A program made the translations under genes and the position numbers. This document shows, piece by piece, positions 1 to 8,929 of a stretch of DNA of 64,000 nt. Source of the stretch: Verrucomicrobiota bacterium (lineage in GTDB: Bacteria; Verrucomicrobiota; Verrucomicrobiia; Opitutales; Cerasicoccaceae); contig JBCBUK010000007.1 of assembly GCA_039818205.1 (NCBI GenBank), positions 96,001 through 160,000 on the forward strand, read 5' to 3'. The notes below the pieces were generated by a model, which was not told where the DNA came from, ran no database searches, and worked only from the letters and a program-made list of their open reading frames with translations. The stretch's first letter is position 1. Each line of letters begins with the position of its first letter.

Positions 1-1
1 C

Positions 2-463
2 CTCGATGGAGATCACTTCTTCGGAGAAGAAAAAATTGAAGCGATATGCTTTAAGTGCATGAAAGAAGGCATGCTGGAGGAACTAGATATCTCCGGGAAT
101 GATTGTTACGTAGGAGCACTTTCAGGAACAGAAGAAGAGAACAAAAGAACCTCCAGAGAAATCACCTATTGCACTCCCAAGTTACCCACCTGGCAAGACG
201 CCGAATGGCCAATAAAGAATGGAAAGGCCTATAAGTTTTTGAAGATTGCTTCCAAGACTGACTACATCAGAAATGATAACGAAAGCGAAGGGAAAGCAAT
301 GTTCATTCAATCATTACACGACAATGAGAACGACGACTTTGATTGGCTATGGTCGATGTTACCCGATCAGCCAGTAACAAACATGAAGGAAGGACAGTAT
401 GATCTATCCTTCTACCTATTCACTCTCAATGGGGAGCTACTAACCATCTGGGACTGCAACTAG
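2..463 (+). CDS. CbrC/UPF0167-like protein, 5'-truncated by the window edge; first visible cassette gene
   Basis: The frame is open from nt 2 (LDGDHFFGEEKIEAICFKCM...). The CxxC, 'TPKLPTWQDAEWP' and C-terminal 'YLF...WDCN' segments resemble the CbrC family. Confidence 0.6.
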   Translation, partial: LDGDHFFGEEKIEAICFKCMKEGMLEELDISGNDCYVGALSGTEEENKRTSREITYCTPKLPTWQDAEWPIKNGKAYKFLKIASKTDYIRNDNESEGKAMFIQSLHDNENDDFDWLWSMLPDQPVTNMKEGQYDLSFYLFTLNGELLTIWDCN

Positions 464-465
464 AA

Positions 466-534
466 TCATAACCAATCGATGGTTTCAATTCCGCTACGCT
501 GCGCTCCACTCTATGATACACCTCCACGATGAAA
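466..534 (+). repeat. attC-like site 1 (R' box degenerate)
   Basis: TCATAAC (R'') lies just after the stop codon. L''-like GATGGT pairs with ACCTC if one base is extrahelical. The centre reads CGCTACGCTGCGCT. The site ends CTCCAC-GAT rather than GTT. Confidence 0.6.
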
Positions 535-1251
535 ATTTTGAAAATAGGCATGATTGTCGGAACCGCCGTTCTAGTGCCCTTTGCGCTCTATCTCCATCCT
601 CGCTTATCGGACGATAAAGAATTGATTTTTGAATCAAAAGAGTTTCAAGAAGTAAAACTCAACGAGGCGTTGCTTACCGCTTCTCGCAACAAGGAGATTG
701 AGCTCACGAACGAACTCGAAAGTGAAATTCGCGCAGTGTTTGCTAATCCGGATACCTTAAATCTGTCGCTTGCGGTATCTATTATGGCTCGGATTCTCTC
801 GGCTGACAATCATGTGCCATTTGATCTTCGCGATAAGGATCATCTTTATAAAATACTAGTAGAATCCCTTCAGCTGGAGGTGTATCAGATGCAGTACTTT
901 TTTGATGAACAGTCTTTGCAGGAGGTATACGGTATAGCTTACAACTCTGATATCACTGTAAGGTGCCTTTTTTATGTCCTTGAGGCATTCTCGTTCCAAA
1001 AGAAAAAAACGCTGAATCGATACTGGGAACTTATGCTAGATTTCGAGAAGACCAGGGAGCCACATTTTCGAATTCCTTTTGAAGTTTCAGATTTTGAGCA
1101 CCCAAATGTTTTCGGTGATTTCTGTTTGGCATATTCCGTTCCGGCAATATCGAGATTGACCGAGAATATTGAAAAGATTGGAATCGAACAAGGCGAGATT
1201 GGCAACTCGGATCACACGCCGGTCGTTCCTCCCTCTGTTCCATCCGATTAG
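529..1251 (+). CDS. Hypothetical protein with N-terminal membrane anchor; cassette gene reading into attC2
   Basis: 240-aa AT-rich ORF with a hydrophobic N-terminus; the last ~22 codons lie inside the attC hairpin. Confidence 0.7.
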   Translation: MKILKIGMIVGTAVLVPFALYLHPRLSDDKELIFESKEFQEVKLNEALLTASRNKEIELTNELESEIRAVFANPDTLNLSLAVSIMARILSADNHVPFDLRDKDHLYKILVESLQLEVYQMQYFFDEQSLQEVYGIAYNSDITVRCLFYVLEAFSFQKKKTLNRYWELMLDFEKTREPHFRIPFEVSDFEHPNVFGDFCLAYSVPAISRLTENIEKIGIEQGEIGNSDHTPVVPPSVPSD

Positions 1252-1269
1252 CAACTCTCAACGTTCGCT
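1183..1269 (+). repeat. attC-like site 2
   Basis: Ends ATCGAAC...GTTCGCT. Inner arms GAGATTGGC/GCAACTCTC and TCGGAT/ATCCGA form a long imperfect hairpin. Confidence 0.75.
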
Positions 1270-1277
1270 GAAGTATA

Positions 1278-1595
1278 ATGAATCGCGTCCTAGCCATCGT
1301 GATACCAATTTTGATCATGGCTGCAATGATCCCGGAAATGCTGCTTATGGAAGGAATTGAATCTCTATTTCTGCAAATTGCAGCACTGATAGCAGGCATG
1401 ATTTCGGGCATATTGGTCGTCCTCTACTGTGGCTTTGCAGCATTGCATGCGATTCAGCATCTTGAATCACCTAAAGAGAGAACCAAATGGTTCATTATCA
1501 CGATCGTGGTGAATGTCTTTGGATCGATGTATTACTACCTCACAAAATACCAAAAATTGAAAGAACAAGGTCGGGGAGGACTACTGAAATTTTGA
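1278..1595 (+). CDS. Small membrane protein with PLDc_N-like C-terminal segment; cassette gene
   Basis: Hydrophobic helices and 'ERTKWFIITIVVNVFGSMYYYL'; starts 9 nt after the R' box, leaving no room for a promoter. Confidence 0.7.
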   Translation: MNRVLAIVIPILIMAAMIPEMLLMEGIESLFLQIAALIAGMISGILVVLYCGFAALHAIQHLESPKERTKWFIITIVVNVFGSMYYYLTKYQKLKEQGRGGLLKF

Positions 1596-1604
1596 AACCA
1601 AAAG

Positions 1605-1676
1605 AGCGAACCAGACGCACCTATCAAATCCTTTCGCGCTACGCGCTACTCTCCGCGCCTCATCTCGAGGTTCGCT
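1605..1676 (+). repeat. attC-like site 3 (last of the array)
   Basis: AGCGAAC...GTTCGCT are perfectly complementary ends; the central CGCGCTACGCGCT resembles site 1. Confidence 0.7.
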
Positions 1677-1812
1677 AGATAAATTAAAGAGAATTACACA
1701 TACAAGCGCGGGACCGAAAATCGCGGTATCAACGGTCTACCGGAATGCACCCAACCAGAAGACAATCCACGGCATGGGTTTTGATAGCAGCATCACCCTG
1801 ATACCTCCGACA

Positions 1813-2337
1813 TCATTCATGGCCGCAGATACAGGCGTATTCGCGGTAGTCGCAAGTTGGGCACTGACTCATGTTCACCTGAAACCGCTCGCGAATGGGT
1901 TTCGCTTCCGGGGATGTCTTGATGGTCAAAATAACGGGGATGTTGTTTCCATCGGGTAATTTGTCACGTGAGATCAAAATGTTCCCATTTTGCTCAAAGC
2001 TCAGTTTCGTAGGATCGCTGCGGCTACCACCAACTAGAGAAAGCTGTTGCCCTTCGGGCGCAAGCGGCTCGTACTGGTCATCCAAGAAGGTGATCTGCAC
2101 TTTGCGCTCTGGAGTCACCAAAAACTCGAAGTGCGGTTTGACGGACCTGATTACACGACCACCATTAGGGCCAGCCTTTTTTCCGGCGTCGCCGCTAGGA
2201 TCGTGCTCTTCTGAATTGTGCCCATCATGACTATAACTGTGCGCACCGTGGTCATGGTCGCCGTGATTGTGTTTATCTGCCCCGTAAGTTACGAGGCATG
2301 AAGTTAAGAAAGCAAGAAGGGTGATTATCTTTTTCAT
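1813..2337 (-). CDS. Exported His-rich putative metal-binding protein
   Basis: Signal peptide, HNHGDHDHGAH tract, GPNGGR, C-terminal CPTC-x6-CICGHE; last gene of the RND operon. Confidence 0.8.
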   Translation of the reverse strand: MKKIITLLAFLTSCLVTYGADKHNHGDHDHGAHSYSHDGHNSEEHDPSGDAGKKAGPNGGRVIRSVKPHFEFLVTPERKVQITFLDDQYEPLAPEGQQLSLVGGSRSDPTKLSFEQNGNILISRDKLPDGNNIPVILTIKTSPEAKPIRERFQVNMSQCPTCDYREYACICGHE

Positions 2338-2354
2338 ACTATTTGGGTTTTCAA

Positions 2355-5300
2355 TTATTCTGAAGCGGCTGCTTTGAATTTGATGGCTTTAGTTGCCGCA
2401 GAGCGACAGCACGTGATAAAGATGGCTGGAGTCACTCCGAGCCCAAGTAGAGTGGAGCTAATCAAACCACCAACGATAACGATGGCGATGGGGTTGAGGA
2501 TTTCCTTGCCAGGCTCGTTGACGGCCAGGATCAGTGGCACCAAAGCGAGCCCCGCTGATACCGATGTCATCAGCACCGGCACCAGTCTCTCTTCGGTCCC
2601 GCGTTGAACCATCTGCCTGGTGAAACGTTCGCCCTCATGACGCATGAGATGCAAGTAATGCGAAATCAGCATGATGTTATTGCGGGCAGCGATACCGCTT
2701 ACGGCAATAAAGCCAACCAATGTAGCAATGCTGATGTTATTTAGCGTTAGCGCGGTGTAATAGATTCCGCCGATCAGTGAGAGCGGAACAATAGTGAAGA
2801 CCACGAAAACAAAAGTGAGTGTTTTGAAGTAGCTATAGAGCAGGAACGAAATCACTAGCAGCACAATGATTGAGGTGATCAGGATGGTTCGCTTCGCCTC
2901 AGCTTGTGCCTGGTATTCACCCTCGAAACTGATGCTATAGCCATCGGGCAAACTGACCCCATTGGCGACCTTCGCTTGAAGCTCTTCCACCACCGTATTC
3001 AGGTCGCTGGTGGTTGGGTTGATCGAAACAACGAACCGCCGCAGCGTGTTTTCCCGCAAGATGTTATTAGGACCAGTTGCTTGGCGAATGTCCGCAATGT
3101 AACTGAGCGGGATTTGTTGATCGATTTGAGTGTCCACATACAGATTGGCTAGCTTCTCTGGCGACTCACGCCAAGTTTCTGGCAAACGGATCACCAGATC
3201 GTAGATGCGCTGACCTTCATAGACCTCCACCAATGCTTCACCGCCCATCATGGAGGCCAACTGCCCGTTTAGCTCACCAGGGGTGATGCCATAGGCCATT
3301 GCTCGCAATCGATCAATCTCGATTCGCAACTGAGGTATGGGTGATTGCTGTTCGATCCTGGTTTCTTCCAGGCCTGGAATCGCTCGTGCAATTTCAGCCA
3401 CTTCGGTTCCCAGGCGTCGCAGCTCATGAAGGTCCGGCCCATAAATTTTGATCGCAACTTTGGCAGAGACGCCACTGAGCATATGTCCGATCCGATCGGC
3501 TAACGGTGTGCTAAGGGCGCTAAATGTTCCTGGAATGGTTCGCATCGTTGTGCGTATCTCTTCAATGACTGCGTCCAATGGACGGTCGAACGACTCTTTG
3601 AACTCAATATCAAATTCAACAGTCGAAACGGGCACCACATGATCCCCGCGTTCCGCTCGACCAACACGATAACCAACGGTTTCCACTTCTGGAATCTGCA
3701 AGAGCAAATCTTGCGCGATGTTAGCAACTTGAGTTGTTTGGCTTAGTGACGTACCCGGAGCCATGGTCGTTGCCACAAGAACTGTCGGTTCTCGAAACGC
3801 CGGCAGGAAATTTCCTCCCATTCGGGACATCGCAAAGTAGGCAATGACCCCCAAAAGCATCGTGATGAATAGCACCAACAAGGGCTGAGACAACGACAGT
3901 CGAAGCCACGTGTGACGAAACAACCATTTTACGCTCTTGATGATCGGGTTGTCCCGATGCGCTTTGTTGGGATCAGGCCGCAAAAGGTAAGAGCATAGAA
4001 CAGGAATAATGGTGAGCGACACAACAAAGGACGCTGCCATGCTCACAATCGTTGCTATGGCAATTGGCGTGAACAGCCGCCCCTCGACACCGCTTAACGC
4101 CATGAGCGGAAGGAACACCAAGATGATCAAAACGGTTGCGTATAGAATCGAAGAACGTACTTCTGCGGAAGCGCGCGCGATTACCTCCAAACGCGGCAAC
4201 GGATTCTCCGACGATGCGTTTTCACGTAGGCGCCGGTAAACATTCTCCACGTCCACGATCGCATCATCGACCACCATTCCAATGGCGACCGCCAACCCGC
4301 CCAATGTCATCGAATTAACACTGAGTCCAAACCAGTGAAATACGATCACGGTAATTCCAAGCGAAAGCGGAATCGCGGTTAGGGTAATGAGTGTCACCCG
4401 CAAGTTGAGTAGAAACAGCAATAGGATGACAGCTACCATGATCGCGCCATCGCGTAAGGCTTCCACAAGATTGCCAACGGCCAACTCGATGAAGTCTGCC
4501 TGCCGGTAGACTGTAACAAGCTCAACGCCAGCTGGCAACGTCGTCTGTATCTCGGCGAGGGTCTGCTCAACCTTTTCAGTCAATGTCAGTGTGTCGAAGC
4601 CGGGCGATTTCGTGACGCTGAGAATGACGCCCGGGTAGCCTCGCGTTGGTATGTTGTTGCCTTCGTCAATCGTCTTACTTCCAAGGCCCGCATCACCGCG
4701 CATCGGCTCAACATCCCAAACAACGTCAGCAACATCTTTCAGTCGGATAGGACGATCGTGGGCATGAGTCACCGTCGTGTTTCCAATCGCCTCCAATTCG
4801 GTCGTCATCGCGAGATTGCGAACCATGACTTCCTTGGCCTCACCGGTAAGAAAACCTCCCGTGCTATTGCTAACGGCTTCTTGCGCCGCTTGACGGACCT
4901 CATCGTAGCTGATTCCCAGTGCCAACATCCGCTCAGGATCAGGCTGCACCTGGATTTGCTTCACGCCGCCTCCCATTGCCAGCACTTCCGCGACCCCGGG
5001 GATCGCCTGCAATCGGCGGGCGACTTCCCAATCCGCGAGGGTGCGCAGATCGCGCGGCGACGTTCCCGCTGAGGGGTCGACCAATCCAACCAACATGATG
5101 TTACCCATGAGAGAAGCCACAGGTGTCATGTAAGGACTGGCGCCTTCCGGTAGCGTTTCGGTCGTGCCCGTCAGTCTTTCCTGCACAAACTGGCGAGCCT
5201 GGTAGATGTCCGTACCCCAATCAAACTCGAGAAAAATCAAGGAGAGGCTAACATCATTGATCGAGCGCAGTCGGGTTACGCCGGTTACGCCCATGAGCGC

Positions 5301-5513
5301 GTTCTCCAACGGAATGGTGACCAGCGTTTCAACCTCTTCAGGCGAGAATCCCGGCGCTTCGGTCAGGATCGTCACAGTTGGTTTCGTTAAGTCCGGCAGC
5401 ACCTCCACTGGCAGTTCCCGGATCGTCTTGATTCCGAGCACGATAATCACCAAAGCAAAGGCAATGATGAGTTGGCGTTGGGCCAGCGAATAACGTATCA
5501 ACTTATTCAACAT
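2355..5513 (-). CDS. CusA/CzcA-family heavy-metal RND efflux permease
   Basis: Probable start MLNKLIRYS; motifs 'LPVEVLPDL', 'GMVVDDAIVDVEN' and 'ERLVPVLMT'; ~1050 aa. Confidence 0.93.
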   Translation of the reverse strand: MLNKLIRYSLAQRQLIIAFALVIIVLGIKTIRELPVEVLPDLTKPTVTILTEAPGFSPEEVETLVTIPLENALMGVTGVTRLRSINDVSLSLIFLEFDWGTDIYQARQFVQERLTGTTETLPEGASPYMTPVASLMGNIMLVGLVDPSAGTSPRDLRTLADWEVARRLQAIPGVAEVLAMGGGVKQIQVQPDPERMLALGISYDEVRQAAQEAVSNSTGGFLTGEAKEVMVRNLAMTTELEAIGNTTVTHAHDRPIRLKDVADVVWDVEPMRGDAGLGSKTIDEGNNIPTRGYPGVILSVTKSPGFDTLTLTEKVEQTLAEIQTTLPAGVELVTVYRQADFIELAVGNLVEALRDGAIMVAVILLLFLLNLRVTLITLTAIPLSLGITVIVFHWFGLSVNSMTLGGLAVAIGMVVDDAIVDVENVYRRLRENASSENPLPRLEVIARASAEVRSSILYATVLIILVFLPLMALSGVEGRLFTPIAIATIVSMAASFVVSLTIIPVLCSYLLRPDPNKAHRDNPIIKSVKWLFRHTWLRLSLSQPLLVLFITMLLGVIAYFAMSRMGGNFLPAFREPTVLVATTMAPGTSLSQTTQVANIAQDLLLQIPEVETVGYRVGRAERGDHVVPVSTVEFDIEFKESFDRPLDAVIEEIRTTMRTIPGTFSALSTPLADRIGHMLSGVSAKVAIKIYGPDLHELRRLGTEVAEIARAIPGLEETRIEQQSPIPQLRIEIDRLRAMAYGITPGELNGQLASMMGGEALVEVYEGQRIYDLVIRLPETWRESPEKLANLYVDTQIDQQIPLSYIADIRQATGPNNILRENTLRRFVVSINPTTSDLNTVVEELQAKVANGVSLPDGYSISFEGEYQAQAEAKRTILITSIIVLLVISFLLYSYFKTLTFVFVVFTIVPLSLIGGIYYTALTLNNISIATLVGFIAVSGIAARNNIMLISHYLHLMRHEGERFTRQMVQRGTEERLVPVLMTSVSAGLALVPLILAVNEPGKEILNPIAIVIVGGLISSTLLGLGVTPAIFITCCRSAATKAIKFKAAASE

Positions 5514-6648
5514 CTCGACCCTGGCTGGAATTTCGGCGACGCCACAATTGCTGACACGCAATGAGGAGTAACGCAGTGACAACGAGTGCGTAGACCAACA
5601 GGGGAATCTCAAGTTCGCCGGTTTCCCCATGTCCGCCGGCTTCATCATGCTTATGCCTTTCGCGCTCGGCCCGTTGTTCCGACGTTATCTCCGAGCCATC
5701 TTCATTGTGCTCATGCCCGTGAGCGGCATCCAAAGCTTCTTTGAGCGACATGCCACTATTGCCGCCAACAAAACTCAGCGCATACGATCCGTTCGTCACC
5801 ACTTCATCGCCTGGGAAAACGCCGCTGACGATCTCAACGTACTGGTCATTTTGCTCACCGAGTATAACCGGACACCGCACAAACGCATTCAGCAGCTCGA
5901 AATCTTTAACGAAAACAAATCGGTTCGCTGGATCACCTTGTACCGCTTCTCGCGGAACCGCCATAACGCCTTCGCGCAAGCGGGTAATAATCGAGAACTC
6001 AGCGCGCATACCAGGTCGGAGTTTCCCCGTGGAGTTATCTAGCTCGAAGATACCCTCGATAGTCCCAGCATCTCGGTCCGCTTGAACACCGAAACGAGTT
6101 AATTTGGCTTCAAAGACTTCATCCCCAAATGCGGGGATACGAATGCGCGCACGGCTTCCAATGTCGATAAATGCGGCTTCCCTCTCGGGAATTCTCGCAA
6201 CCGCCCAGAGCTTAGAATAATCGGCAATGTCCAACAACTCCTGAGCAGGCTCAACGGGTTGGCCTAAGCGCACATGGGAATCAACGATCAGTCCTTGCTG
6301 AGGAGCTCGTAGCGAGATCGTCGGCGGTGGGTCGCCAAGTTGGCGGCTCTCCACCTTGGCCAAGGCTTGATCTTGTTCGACGACATCGCCAACAAACACA
6401 TTCAGCTCGATAACACGTCCGGCAATGCGAGAAGACAATACGGATCGATTCGCCGGTATCTCTTCAATTCGGCCAATCGCAAAAACCGTCGTTTCGAAAT
6501 CTTGCTCAACGACCTCAGCCAATTCGAGACGCAAGTTCTCGACCCCACTGTCATTGAGGATAACAGTGTTCGATGAACGGTCGGACTGCGCTAGGGTTTG
6601 AGCGCTGATTAACAGGCCAATAGGAATAAAAAGACTACTCAGTCTCAT
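5503..6648 (-). CDS. RND periplasmic adaptor (CzcB/CusB-like), hairpin-less, with His-rich segment and C-terminal TM helix
   Basis: Lipoyl halves 'VFVGDVVEQDQALAKVES' and 'ISLRAPQQGLI'; 'LRPGMRA'; 'AVPREAV'. Confidence 0.88.
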   Translation of the reverse strand: MRLSSLFIPIGLLISAQTLAQSDRSSNTVILNDSGVENLRLELAEVVEQDFETTVFAIGRIEEIPANRSVLSSRIAGRVIELNVFVGDVVEQDQALAKVESRQLGDPPPTISLRAPQQGLIVDSHVRLGQPVEPAQELLDIADYSKLWAVARIPEREAAFIDIGSRARIRIPAFGDEVFEAKLTRFGVQADRDAGTIEGIFELDNSTGKLRPGMRAEFSIITRLREGVMAVPREAVQGDPANRFVFVKDFELLNAFVRCPVILGEQNDQYVEIVSGVFPGDEVVTNGSYALSFVGGNSGMSLKEALDAAHGHEHNEDGSEITSEQRAERERHKHDEAGGHGETGELEIPLLVYALVVTALLLIACQQLWRRRNSSQGRDVE

Positions 6649-7939
6649 CGATCGTTTCCTCATTTAATCGGTTATTGTAAAGACTAGTCGCGGTTGCGGC
6701 TCGCCATTCGACTAGGGCGAGTTCGTAGTCACGTAAAAGATTCAACTGTGAGCTACGAATGTTTAGGGATTGCTCCTGCACCCGAAAGAGGGTCGTTAAA
6801 TCAACCTGGCCGGCACGGTAGGCGTTGTTGATGTCCTCAACATTTTGCTCCACTAATCGCGTCACATTATTCCGGTAGTCAGACGCTTGCTCGTATAGCC
6901 GCTGAACCCGGCTGTTGTAGAGCTTAACCTGATTTCTTATGCGCAACTGTGCGGCGTCCAACTCGTATCCCAGTTGCCTACGATAGGCCCGGCTGGCTTT
7001 GATTTCGCCGTGGTTCAGATTGTGAATTGGCAGCGGAATCGAAACCCCAACGCCAATTAGCTGGTCGTCTTTTAAACCAATGGGATCATCAAAACTGCGA
7101 TCTTCCTCAAAGAAAATCTCAACGGCGATGTCGGCCCAACGTTCGGCCCGTGCCAGCGAAACGCGTTTGTCCGCAACCGCATAGAGTAGCTGCTTGAGCT
7201 GTATCTGGGGGTGCTGTTCTAAAACACGTTGGCTTGGTTCCAATAGCGTAGGCGCTTGCTCGGGCAGGAATAACTCTGACCGAAACTCTAGCGCACTTCC
7301 CATCGGCAAACCCATCAGAGTATTGAGCGAGGCGAGTAGCTCCGCGCGGGCGATGCCCAACTGACGGACCTCCTGCTCAAGGGCGTAAAGTGCTACCTTG
7401 ATCTGATTAACATCAATCGTCGAGGCTTCGCCAGTCTCCACTCTCGAGGAGAGAAATTGCGCAAAACGCTCGTTGAGTTCAATCTGCTCCTGGCGCGTGC
7501 GAATCTGCTCATCAATGGCAATATTCTGAACAACCAACTTTTCAACTTCCAAGGCAATGCGACGTTGCTGATCGCGAATCTCCGCCTCCGCCAGTTCGAT
7601 CTCAATTGCCGCAATGTTCTTGAGGATGGACAGTCGATTGGTGATCGGAAACTGCTGTTCCAAGCCGATGGCATAGGCATACTGCCCTTCATCCGTCAGA
7701 CCCCGGTCGGTTGCGAATTCCAGATTAAGCACTGGGTTTTCAAGCGAGCCAGCGTCGCCGTAAAATCCTTTCGCTTGGGCTACTGTCGTTTGCGCTGCAG
7801 CTAGCGTAAGATTGTGCGCCAAGGCGAATTCAACTGCCTGTTGACGGGTAAAAACTTGCCCTTGTTGAGTTGTCGCCAACCCCTCAGTCAGGAATATTAA
7901 GTAGAATACCGAAAATATTTGATAATTGAATCTGTGCAT
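6635..7939 (-). CDS. TolC/CzcC-family outer membrane efflux protein
   Basis: 'AVEFALAHN', 'GVSIPLPI', 'AYRAGQVDLTTL'; first gene of a C-B-A operon. Confidence 0.9.
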   Translation of the reverse strand: MHRFNYQIFSVFYLIFLTEGLATTQQGQVFTRQQAVEFALAHNLTLAAAQTTVAQAKGFYGDAGSLENPVLNLEFATDRGLTDEGQYAYAIGLEQQFPITNRLSILKNIAAIEIELAEAEIRDQQRRIALEVEKLVVQNIAIDEQIRTRQEQIELNERFAQFLSSRVETGEASTIDVNQIKVALYALEQEVRQLGIARAELLASLNTLMGLPMGSALEFRSELFLPEQAPTLLEPSQRVLEQHPQIQLKQLLYAVADKRVSLARAERWADIAVEIFFEEDRSFDDPIGLKDDQLIGVGVSIPLPIHNLNHGEIKASRAYRRQLGYELDAAQLRIRNQVKLYNSRVQRLYEQASDYRNNVTRLVEQNVEDINNAYRAGQVDLTTLFRVQEQSLNIRSSQLNLLRDYELALVEWRAATATSLYNNRLNEETIDETE

Positions 7940-8033
7940 AGAAAAACCTGATTAGAATGAATGCACCTCGATTTGATCGATGCGCACGAAACAACGACGG
8001 GACCTCCCCATCGGTTTTCACCTAAACAGGCTA

Positions 8034-8489
8034 TCAGAGCCTCAGAACCGTCTTCTGAACGCTTGGCAAATGAGAATATGCTACACCAGGAGGACCGCAT
8101 CCTGGCGGTTTAATCACCCAAGTATCGGAAACTGGCTGGTATGCAATAAATGGATCCGGCTGGAAATGCTCATTAACAAGTAGCTTCGGTAAACTGCTAA
8201 CTGAACCATATCGGGTAAAGTCATCGTCAGAAGCATCCAGCAATAAATCGATGCAATCACCATCGCCATAGGTCGCTAAGGGATGCTCGTGGTCCAAGTC
8301 AACGTCGTCACAATCCGGTTCATTAGAACAAGGATGCTCGTCCCCGCAATGGTCGCCATGCGCTCCACCAACGTGCAACGGGCCATCTTCATGCACACAC
8401 AAGTAAAGAAACCCCGAACTTCCCAAAAGCGCGGTCCAGCCAGCCAGCAAACAAGAAAAGACGACAACGACTGTATTCCAACGAACCAT
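8034..8489 (-). CDS. His/Cys/Asp-rich hypothetical protein upstream of the efflux operon
   Basis: 'YLCVHEDGPLHV...HGDHCGDEHPC' and C-terminal 'TVLRL', in the style of small proteins that precede czc-like operons. Confidence 0.65.
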   Translation of the reverse strand: MVRWNTVVVVFSCLLAGWTALLGSSGFLYLCVHEDGPLHVGGAHGDHCGDEHPCSNEPDCDDVDLDHEHPLATYGDGDCIDLLLDASDDDFTRYGSVSSLPKLLVNEHFQPDPFIAYQPVSDTWVIKPPGCGPPGVAYSHLPSVQKTVLRL

Positions 8490-8891
8490 TTTTTCAATTA
8501 CACTACATCAGAGTACAGAGCTGACAAGCATATAGGAATCAGGTCTATCCAACATCATCTCCGATAAAACGGGCAATCTACATCACAGCAGGAATCGAGC
8601 GAAAACACCCTACCCGGCATCGAGTAGTAGAATCCGACACAGAGCTATTCGAAACGAAACAAATAGCATCTTCTCCCTTAAGCTACCGATATAGCTCAGC
8701 CACCGCCCAACCTTGACAAGAAGACTGAGCATAGCGAATCCGTTGTGTAACCCAAACGCGTAACCTGACAGTATGAATTGAGCAATCTCGAGAGGACTTG
8801 GGCAAAAGCTTGAAGGCCAAAAACCTTTTAAACGTGCGGCCTGACGGCTCGTGATGATTCATGCAAAAACCTGATAATCAGGCGTTTCGCG

Positions 8892-8929
8892 TTAGAAAAC
8901 CGCTGCTCTATCCATTGAGCTAATCCCCC
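8892..8929 (-). pseudogene. 5' half (nt 1-38) of tRNA-Arg(TCT); probable att-site remnant
   Basis: The minus strand reads GGGGGAT-TA-GCTC-AATGGATA-GAGC-A-GCGGT-TTTCTAA (D arm, A20, anticodon TCT). It then diverges, with no 3' anticodon stem or T arm. Confidence 0.8.

Noticed and set aside
466..1676. CRISPR array or REP elements as an explanation for the repeated hairpins
   Set aside because: The repeats are not identical, are separated by whole genes and have AAC/GTT ends, which fits attC; no cas genes or regular spacers occur in the window.
5514..5648. N-terminal extension of the RND permease in the ORF track
   Set aside because: It overlaps the adaptor gene; the family-typical start is MLNKLI at 5513.
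8500..8929. tRNA-Arg interrupted by a group I intron
   Set aside because: No 3' exon (ACCGC...TTCGAA...ATCCCCC) or recognisable intron core was found downstream on the minus strand.
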